From Candidatus Heimdallarchaeota archaeon B3_Heim (GTDB lineage: Archaea; Asgardarchaeota; Heimdallarchaeia; Hodarchaeales; Hodarchaeaceae), in the NCBI GenBank assembly GCA_003144275.1, contig NJBF01000091.1, positions 1 to 6,681 of the forward strand: a DNA stretch of 6,681 bases. Reading direction: 5' to 3'. The stretch's first letter is position 1. The number at the start of each line of letters is the position of its first letter. Below the pieces are notes generated by a model. The model searched no databases. It worked only from the letters and a program-made list of their open reading frames with translations, and was not told where the DNA came from. Both the position numbers and the translations under genes were made by a program. Shown here one piece after another: positions 1 through 6,316 of this stretch.

Positions 1-40
1 AGGAAAAACACTTGAAGAAATGGAAAAAATTTGGAAATAA
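1..40 (+). CDS. 3' end (partial) of a probable MFS sugar porter family transporter (XylE/GalP-like)
   Basis: The frame starting at position 2 reads GKTLEEMEKIWK* (TAA 38-40). This matches the PETKG(K/R)(T/S)LEE C-terminal signature of sugar porters. Only 12 codons are visible. Confidence 0.7.
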   Translation, partial: GKTLEEMEKIWK

Positions 41-95
41 TCATAGAAGACCATTTTTATCAAGAACATAGCTTCATGAATTTATTAAAAAATAT

Positions 96-113
96 CACTA
101 TTATCCGACTAAA
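96..113 (+). repeat. Terminal inverted repeat of element A (downstream of the transposase)
   Basis: CACTATTATCCGACTAAA, 16/18 to the reverse complement of 1522-1539. Confidence 0.85.
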
Positions 114-173
114 TTATTTTTTCTCTAATTTTTCGTCTGTATCGCCCATGAAATGGGTACTAATTTTATAATT

Positions 174-1445
174 TCAAAAGAGACCTCCCCTTGTTTTTAA
201 ACCAAATAAGCTTAGCTGTAATGAACCAGGTGGTGATTCCCGCGCTTTGTGGTAACCACGACGTGTACTTCTGAGCAATTCACTCACATCTAACATGCTA
301 ATCAGGTGTATTCTTACCTAAGAGGCCACAACTGAGAAAGCTTTTTTTGTTTGAGCTATTTTCTGGATGACCGTTAAAAGCAATTGGGCTATTAGTGTAC
401 ACCAAACCTGTGTTCTTATTGCATTCTCATTTTCTCCATAGAAATAGTGTAATTGAAAATTCTGCTTCATTTTTTTGAACAATATCTCTATTCCCCACCG
501 TTTCTTATAGAGGAAAGCCACCTCCTCAGCTGTAATTTCAAAATTATTTGCAAGAAATTCATAATATCTATTCCGTTCATCCTGGTAACAAACTTTTCTT
601 AATCGTAGTTTTTTCTTAACCTTTGTTTGTTTCTTTCCGGTTTCATCTTCCGGGTGGTATTCCAACTCTATTATCTCGTCGCTGAGAACTTTTGCTATTC
701 CTTTTTTTCGGTAATGCTTGCGTGTAACTTCTACGACCGTGTAAACTGCACCCTTTTTCAAACGGGTAACAAAAAATACCTGTTTTTGAATCCAAAGTGC
801 AAATTGGTGATAATAGTTATATGCCTTGTCGAAAACAATCATGCTGTGGGATATTAATTCCAGGCTTTTCAGAAAGTTCTTGTCATGTACTTTGGCTGCC
901 GTGATTTTAATAAATCGTCCAACCGATTGAACTGCATCTATTAACATGTGTACCTTAAGACCTCCCTTTTTCTTCCCGTCACCCTTCGGGTTACGTCCAA
1001 CGCCTTTAAGTATGTCACTAAACAAACGAATGGTGGTAGAATCAATCAAAAGGACTTCTTTAAAGGTCAATCCAAACGTTCGGCTGTCCGACAAAAACGA
1101 TTGGTATTTTTTTACCAGACTGAAATATAAATCTTCAAAGAAAATGTTATTCCTTTTTCTTAAACCATCGCAGGCTGTACTCTTGGCTGGAGCTTTTTCA
1201 AGTCCCAAATGATTTAGCTTTCCTCCCAAAGCCCTTAGCCCTTCACATATCTCGGTCATTGAATCACACCGGCTAAGAATACCGAAAAGCATCGTAATCA
1301 GGTGTATCTTGCTCTTGAATGCCTTGTAGTAATGGTCGCTATTGTGCTTCTTTATTAATCCTTGAATGTTAACTGCATCAACCAAATTAACGATTTGTTT
1401 GAAAATCGGCTGTCCGACAAATTTTATTTCTGTATTTTTACTCAT
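174..1445 (-). pseudogene. IS4-family DDE transposase (N-terminus DUF4372-like) with a premature TAG at 318-320; 375 aa translated, 423 aa if restored
   Basis: Catalytic D135 (LLIDSTT), D206 (VFDKAY) and E320, with an exact IS4 Y-2-R-3-E-6-K motif (Y313, R316, E320, K327). The frame stays open for 47 codons past the TAG (VRIHLISMLDVSELLRSTRRGYHKARESPPGSLQLSLFGLKTRGGLF) to TGA at 174-176. Confidence 0.85.
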
Positions 1446-1484
1446 GTTGTATGATGTTTGGTCAAAAACAAAAGTACAACATGA
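1442..1484 (-). promoter_or_regulatory. Hairpin covering the transposase start codon
   Basis: Perfect 10-bp arms at 1442-1451 (TCATGTTGTA) and 1475-1484 (TACAACATGA), with an inner 5-bp stem at 1455-1459/1466-1470. The ATG (1443-1445) lies inside the stem. Confidence 0.6.
1469..1476 (-). promoter_or_regulatory. Candidate Bacteroidota sigma70 -7 box for the transposase
   Basis: The minus strand reads TACTTTTG, fitting the TAnnTTTG consensus, about 23 nt upstream of the ATG. No clear -33 TTTG at the expected spacing. Confidence 0.5.
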
Positions 1485-1521
1485 AGGGGAAACCTCAGGG
1501 GAGTACCCTTCTTTTTATATT

Positions 1522-1539
1522 TTTAGTCGGACAGTAGTG
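1522..1539 (-). repeat. Terminal inverted repeat of element A (upstream of the transposase)
   Basis: TTTAGTCGGACAGTAGTG, the partner of 96-113. Confidence 0.85.
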
Positions 1540-1678
1540 TTATTTTATATAAAATTCCACTACTGTCCGGTTAACGAATATATAAAAGTTCGGGAAGACT
1601 AAATATATAAGCGATAGAAGTTCTTTGAAATATTTTTCGATTTGAAATCAAAATCCTCATATAAAACGCTCTCTCTTC

Positions 1679-1696
1679 GTCCGCCAGCTGGCGGAC
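1679..1696. repeat. Perfect 18-bp GC-rich palindrome (REP-like)
   Basis: GTCCGCCAGCTGGCGGAC equals its own reverse complement and sits in AT-rich surroundings. Confidence 0.9.
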
Positions 1697-1699
1697 TGA

Positions 1700-1852
1700 C
1701 GGCTGAAATTGGAACAAAAACTTTACACAATTCTACAAATTCTTAGCATCAGCTTATTTGAGGAAGCTCCTTTAAATCAGATGTTTAACAAGCATGTTTA
1801 CAGAAATATTGAAAACAATAATTATAACCAATTGAAACTGTTCGACTTATAA
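1700..1852 (+). pseudogene. C-terminal fragment of a second IS4-family transposase
   Basis: Reads RLKLEQKLYTILQILSISLFEEAPLNQMFNKHVYRNIENNNYNQLKLFDL*. From memory, this resembles the LY.ILQILS.SLF...QL.LF tail of IS4/DUF4372 transposases. The TAA (1850-1852) lies in the terminal repeat. An in-frame TGA at 1697-1699 bounds it upstream. Confidence 0.75.
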
Positions 1853-1913
1853 CCGGACAGTAATTATCGTTAACATGTTATCAATAACGGTCTATTAAGA
1901 GCCTAAATAAATT

Positions 1914-4900
1914 ATGATAAGTAATATGGCTGAGAATATTGAAAAGCCTCAATTATTGTTTGAGGTAAGCTGGGAAGTCTGCAACAAGGTTGGCGGTATC
2001 CATACTGTTATATCAACTAAAGCCTCAACATTAACAGAGGAGTTCAGGAACAAGTATATTTTGATAGGACCGGATGTTTGGAGAGATGAGAGAGAAAACC
2101 CCGAATTCATTCCCGATACGCTTCTTTTTAAGGACTGGAAAGAAAGGGCTGAAGCGGAAGGAATATTGATAAAGACAGGCAGGTGGAATATATCAGGAAA
2201 GCCAATAGTGATTCTGGTTGATTTTTACAATTTCATCTCTCAAAAAGATGACATTTTTAAAATATTCTGGGAAAAATTTAAGCTTGATTCCATATCCGGA
2301 CAGTGGGATTATATAGAGCCGGCATTGTTTGGATATGCCTCTGCCAAAGTAATTGATAGTTTTGTGAATTTCAACATGGGTTATTATGATAGGGTAGTAG
2401 CCCAGTTTCACGAGTGGATGACAGGAACCGGCGTTTTATATCTTCATGAAAATGCACCGGGTGTAGGAACTGTTTTTACTACCCATGCCACGGTACTTGG
2501 CCGCTCTATTGCCGCGAATAACAGGCATTTATATAGTAATTTACAACAGTATAACAGCCAGCAGATTGCCAGGGAATTTAATATAATTTCAAAACAATCA
2601 CTTGAAAAGATATCAGCACAAACTGCTGATGCATTTACAACCGTTAGTGAGATTACTTCGAAAGAATGCAATCATTTTTTAGGCAAAAAACCGGACATTG
2701 TCACGCCCAATGGATTTGAAGACAATTTTGTGCCGGTGGGAGATGAATATGAAAGAAAAAGGAAACAAGCCCGTGAAAAACTGATCCAGGTTGCCGGATC
2801 TGTTTTTGGCTATGCGGTTCCCGGTAATGCCCTGCTTGTAGCCATTAGTGGAAGATATGAGTTTAAGAACAAAGGGATCGATCTGTTTATTGATTCCCTT
2901 GCAAAACTGAACCGATCAAATGATACCGAAAGGGAAATTCTGGCTTTTATTTTAATACCGGCAAATAATTACGGGCCAAGGGAGGAGGTTTTAAGAAATT
3001 TAAGCGAGACAGGAAAAAATATTGATACCGGAGACCCTTATCTGACTCATGGTTTGCATGATTCTGAATTCGATCCCATCCTGGCAGGGATAAAAAAAGG
3101 TGACCTGAAAAACAGCCAGGAAGATAAGGTAAGAGTTGTTTTTGTTCCTTCATATTTACAGGGCGATGATGGAATTTTTAACGAAACATATTATGACTTA
3201 CTGATTGGTTTTGATCTTACCCTTTTCCCCTCTTATTACGAACCGTGGGGATATACTCCGCTGGAGAGTTTAGCTTTTTGTATTCCTACGGTTACCACTT
3301 CACTGGCAGGCTTTGGCTCCTGGGTAAAAAATCATTTTTCTGAGCCGGGTAACGGCATCCTTGTTATCGACCGTACTGATGATAATGATGAATATGTGGT
3401 TGAATCCATCACAAATAATCTGAAACATTTTTCGGCTCTTTCGTTGAAAGAAGAAAACGACGCAAGAAAAAAGGCATTTGAAATTTCAAGAATTGCCTTA
3501 TGGAACAACCTGATAGACTTTTATTTTAAGGCTTATCTGCTTGCTCTGGAAAAAGCAGGCAGCAGAATTGATACTTTTGAAATCTCTGCTGAAATGAAAC
3601 CTGCTCCTGAAATAACGGAACACAGGGAAATTTCCAGGCCCATTTGGAAAAAACTATATGTCGGATCCAAATTGCCTGAAGAATTGGAACCTCTCAATGA
3701 GTTGTCGAAAAATTTATGGTGGTCGTGGAATACTGAAGCTGAAGATCTTTTTAAAGCCATTGATCCTGTTTTATGGGAGGAGTGTGCACATAATCCGGTC
3801 ACTCTTCTCGAAAAAGTCGATTACAGAAAAATTTTAGTGTTGGGAAAAGACAAAAACTTTACTAATAAACTGAATAACGTTTATAAAAGATTTTGTGATT
3901 ATCTGGACACAAAACCTCCTGAGAACCACCCAAAAGTTGCCTATTTCAGCATGGAATACGGCTTACATGAAAGTTTAAGGATCTTTTCCGGAGGGTTGGG
4001 AATTCTTGCAGGTGATTATTTAAAAGAAGCCAGCGATTCGAATTTCACTATTACAGGAATTGGTTTATTATACCGGTATGGTTATTTCAAACAAATCTTA
4101 TCGGTTAACGGCGAACAGCATGAAATTTATGATCCTGAACATTATTCGAAACTTCCACTGATACCCGCAAAGGATGAAAAAGGAATATGGAAAACCATAA
4201 GCATTGTTTTTCCGGGCAGGACGGTTACTGCAAGGATTTGGGAGGTTAAGGTTGGGAGGGTATCCCTTTATCTGCTGGATACTGACCATGAAGATAACCT
4301 GGAAAAGGATCGTTTTATTACCCATCATTTATACGGAGGTGATAAAGAAAACCGGTTGAAACAGGAATTGTTACTCGGTATTGGGGGTATAAGGATTTTG
4401 CGCGTTCTGGGTATTAATGCTGATCTGTTCCACAGCAATGAAGGACATTCAGCTTTTATCGGGCTTGAACGATTAAGGATATTGATTTCTGAAAATAACC
4501 TTTCTTTCACGGAGGCACTGGAGGTGGTCAGGGCATCCACTCTTTTCACAACCCATACTCCGGTACCTGCCGGTCATGATGCTTACGACGAAAATCTTTT
4601 GCGAACCTATATCGCTCACTATCCGGAACGGCTAAAAATATCCTGGGATGAATTTATGGCTTTTGGCAGGAGTAATCCGGAGAACCGGAATGAGAAATTT
4701 AATATGAGTTACCTCGCTGCTAAATTGTCTCAGGAAGTAAATGCCGTGAGTAAACTTCATGGAGAAGTGACACGGGAGATGTTTAGCAAGCTGTGGCCGG
4801 GATATTTACCACGGGAGCTGCATATCGGCTATGTAACCAATGGAGTCCATTATTCCACCTGGGTTGCACGTGAATGGCTGGACTTGTATCAGAAAAAACT

Positions 4901-6173
4901 CGGGAAATCAATCGTTCAGCATCAATCTGAAAAAGAATGCTGGGAGGAGATTTATAAATTCAAGGATGAAGTCATTTGGAAAACCAAACAGAATTTAAAG
5001 AGTCAATTGATCTCCTATGTAAAAGAGAGGTTCCGTTATAATTGGATAAGAAGGCATGAAAACCCGAAACATATTGGTGAAATAACCAGGACCTTAAATG
5101 ATAAAGCCCTGACAATCGGATTCGCGAGAAGATTTGCAACTTATAAACGGGCAAATTTGATATTTAAGGATGTCGAAAGGCTGGCAAAAATTGTTAATAA
5201 TCCCGATAAACCCGTGCAATTTCTGTTTGCCGGAAAGGCACATCCTAAGGATGGTGGTGGAAAAGAACTGATTAAAAAGATTTTTGAACTTTCAAAAAGA
5301 CCGGAGTTCCTTGGGAAGATCCTGTTCCTTCAGAATTACGACATGGATCTGGCTAAAAAACTTGTACAAGGCGTGGATATTTGGTTGAATACCCCAACTC
5401 GTCCTATGGAAGCTTCGGGAACAAGCGGGGAAAAAGCCGTGATGAATGGCGCCTTGCATTTCAGTGTCCTTGATGGCTGGTGGGTTGAAGGTTATGTCTC
5501 AAACGCCGGATGGGCAATTTCTGAAAAAAGAACATATGAAAATCAGGACTTTCAGGATGAACTGGATGCGGAAACCATTTATCATTTGCTGGAAAACGAG
5601 ATAATTCCCGCGTTTTATGACCGGAATGAAAAGGACATTCCTGCAAAATGGGTAGGATTTATTAAAAATTCCATGGCTAAAATAGCACCGAATTACACCA
5701 TGAAAAGAATGTTTACGGATTACCGGGAGCAATTTTATAATAAGCTGTTCGATCGTACCCTGGTTATGAGGAAAAACCATTATGCCATGGCAAAAAGATT
5801 GGCTTCATGGAAGAAAAAAATCTACCGGTCGTGGAAGGATCTTGAAGTGATTTCTGTTGATCTTTCAGCGCCTGTTGAGAAGTCATATAAAATAGGAGAA
5901 GAATATAATGGTACTATAATCATTGATCTGAAGAATGTGCCGGCATCCCAAATCGGGCTGGAATTAGTCGTTTCAAACAATAGTAAAAACGAATCTCCTG
6001 AAATTATCCATAAACAGGAATTTACACTGGAAAAAGTTGAGGAAGGCAAGGCTTACTTTAAAGCAAAAATTATTCCCACAAAACCGGGAAGTTTCACTTT
6101 TGGATTCAGATTGTTCCCCAAACATCCTGACCTGCCACACCAACAGGATATTGAATGTGTAAAATGGATTTAG
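1914..6173 (+). CDS. glgP: Fused GT3 glycogen synthase / GT35 alpha-glucan (glycogen/maltodextrin) phosphorylase, 1419 aa (alternative start ATG 1926)
   Basis: N-terminal half: FEVSWEVCNKVGGIHTV, FHEWMTG, FTTHATVLGR, GRYEFKNKG and FPSYYEPWGYTPLE (E443-X7-E451), all GT3 motifs. C-terminal half: NLWWSWN, YFSMEYG, SGGLGILAGD, NEGH, TTHTPVPAGHD, FARRFATYKRA, AGKAHP and EASGTSGEK (PLP lysine K1174), all GT35 motifs. One uninterrupted ORF. The symbol glgP describes only the C-terminal half. Confidence 0.95.
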   Translation: MISNMAENIEKPQLLFEVSWEVCNKVGGIHTVISTKASTLTEEFRNKYILIGPDVWRDERENPEFIPDTLLFKDWKERAEAEGILIKTGRWNISGKPIVILVDFYNFISQKDDIFKIFWEKFKLDSISGQWDYIEPALFGYASAKVIDSFVNFNMGYYDRVVAQFHEWMTGTGVLYLHENAPGVGTVFTTHATVLGRSIAANNRHLYSNLQQYNSQQIAREFNIISKQSLEKISAQTADAFTTVSEITSKECNHFLGKKPDIVTPNGFEDNFVPVGDEYERKRKQAREKLIQVAGSVFGYAVPGNALLVAISGRYEFKNKGIDLFIDSLAKLNRSNDTEREILAFILIPANNYGPREEVLRNLSETGKNIDTGDPYLTHGLHDSEFDPILAGIKKGDLKNSQEDKVRVVFVPSYLQGDDGIFNETYYDLLIGFDLTLFPSYYEPWGYTPLESLAFCIPTVTTSLAGFGSWVKNHFSEPGNGILVIDRTDDNDEYVVESITNNLKHFSALSLKEENDARKKAFEISRIALWNNLIDFYFKAYLLALEKAGSRIDTFEISAEMKPAPEITEHREISRPIWKKLYVGSKLPEELEPLNELSKNLWWSWNTEAEDLFKAIDPVLWEECAHNPVTLLEKVDYRKILVLGKDKNFTNKLNNVYKRFCDYLDTKPPENHPKVAYFSMEYGLHESLRIFSGGLGILAGDYLKEASDSNFTITGIGLLYRYGYFKQILSVNGEQHEIYDPEHYSKLPLIPAKDEKGIWKTISIVFPGRTVTARIWEVKVGRVSLYLLDTDHEDNLEKDRFITHHLYGGDKENRLKQELLLGIGGIRILRVLGINADLFHSNEGHSAFIGLERLRILISENNLSFTEALEVVRASTLFTTHTPVPAGHDAYDENLLRTYIAHYPERLKISWDEFMAFGRSNPENRNEKFNMSYLAAKLSQEVNAVSKLHGEVTREMFSKLWPGYLPRELHIGYVTNGVHYSTWVAREWLDLYQKKLGKSIVQHQSEKECWEEIYKFKDEVIWKTKQNLKSQLISYVKERFRYNWIRRHENPKHIGEITRTLNDKALTIGFARRFATYKRANLIFKDVERLAKIVNNPDKPVQFLFAGKAHPKDGGGKELIKKIFELSKRPEFLGKILFLQNYDMDLAKKLVQGVDIWLNTPTRPMEASGTSGEKAVMNGALHFSVLDGWWVEGYVSNAGWAISEKRTYENQDFQDELDAETIYHLLENEIIPAFYDRNEKDIPAKWVGFIKNSMAKIAPNYTMKRMFTDYREQFYNKLFDRTLVMRKNHYAMAKRLASWKKKIYRSWKDLEVISVDLSAPVEKSYKIGEEYNGTIIIDLKNVPASQIGLELVVSNNSKNESPEIIHKQEFTLEKVEEGKAYFKAKIIPTKPGSFTFGFRLFPKHPDLPHQQDIECVKWI
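1926..3557 (+). other. GT3 (eukaryote-type) glycogen synthase domain of the fusion, boundaries approximate
   Basis: KVGG at K25, EPWGYTPLE at 3240-3266, and a C-terminal W...Y..AY..AL helix. Confidence 0.85.
3636..6170 (+). other. GT35 alpha-glucan phosphorylase domain of the fusion, boundaries approximate
   Basis: Starts RPIWKKLYVGSKLPEELEPLNELSKNLWWSWN. PLP motif at 5409-5438. Confidence 0.9.
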
Positions 6174-6177
6174 AGAT

Positions 6178-6262
6178 ACTCGTCCGACGACCCGGCCGAA
6201 CGCCCGCCTGAACGAATTCATTCGGGCAGGGTATCAGCCGGGCGGGCTCCAGTTCGACGAGT
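6178..6262. repeat. GC-rich nested stem-loop (REP-like) immediately after the stop codon
   Basis: Outer stem ACTCGTC/GACGAGT (6178-6184/6256-6262), middle stem CCCGGC/GCCGGG (6191-6196/6237-6242), inner stem CCCGCCTGAA/TTCGGGCAGGG around GAATTC. No U-tract follows. Confidence 0.75.
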
Positions 6263-6280
6263 TAACCCTAACCCGAATAA

Positions 6281-6309
6281 ACCCCGTAGGATAATTATTC
6301 CAACGGGGT
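6281..6309. repeat. Short imperfect palindrome ACCCCGT-AGGATAATTATTCCA-ACGGGGT
   Basis: 7-bp perfect stem plus a GGA/TCC extension. Not followed by a T run on the + strand. Confidence 0.7.
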
Positions 6310-6316
6310 AAACCGG

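Larger units (their letters stand above)
96..1539 (-). mobile_element. IS4-family insertion sequence, 1444 bp (element A)
   Basis: 18-bp terminal inverted repeats, CACTATTATCCGACTAAA (96-113) and the reverse complement of 1522-1539 (CACTACTGTCCGACTAAA), match at 16/18 and enclose one DDE transposase. No direct target duplication is visible. Confidence 0.9.
1558..1865 (+). mobile_element. Non-autonomous, internally deleted IS4-family derivative (MITE-like, 308 bp; element B)
   Basis: Perfect 13-bp inverted repeat TACTGTCCGGTTA (1561-1573) / TAACCGGACAGTA (1850-1862), related to the ends of element A. The transposase C-terminal remnant stops inside the right repeat. Short subterminal direct repeats: AATATATAA (1577, 1602) and AAGTTC (1586, 1618). 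Confidence 0.75.

Noticed and set aside
145-157. Small hairpin CCCAT-GAA-ATGGG after the transposase stop
   Set aside because: 5-bp stem with no adjacent U-tract; could be chance.
318-320. Genome-wide TAG recoding or pyrrolysine
   Set aside because: The fusion gene ends at TAG (6171-6173) where the protein looks complete and a repeat follows at once. A point mutation is simpler.
627-1212. Plus-strand ORFs 627-857, 946-1212 and 948-1130
   Set aside because: They are antisense to the transposase and have no recognisable motifs; shadow ORFs.
1497-1524. Plus-strand terminator (AGGG-GAGTA-CCCT followed by a T-rich run)
   Set aside because: The stem is only 4 bp; the alternative 6-bp stem has a 17-nt loop. 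Too weak to call.
1366-1602. 78-aa plus-strand ORF
   Set aside because: It runs across the transposase start, the IS end and the inter-element spacer, so it cannot predate the insertions; no motif.
96-1865. The four CACTACTGTCCG-like repeats as a CRISPR array or integron att sites
   Set aside because: They alternate in orientation, are irregularly spaced and are explained as IS ends. No cas or integrase gene is present.
1540-1883. Direct target-site duplications around element A or B
   Set aside because: The flanks (78-95, 1540-1557, 1866-1883) share no exact direct repeat of the expected length.
2193-6221. Ten short minus-strand ORFs inside or overlapping the fusion gene
   Set aside because: Antisense shadows of a long coding sequence, 60-93 aa, with no family features.
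6263-6274. Telomere-like (TAACCC)2
   Set aside because: Only two units in a bacterial intergenic region; chance.
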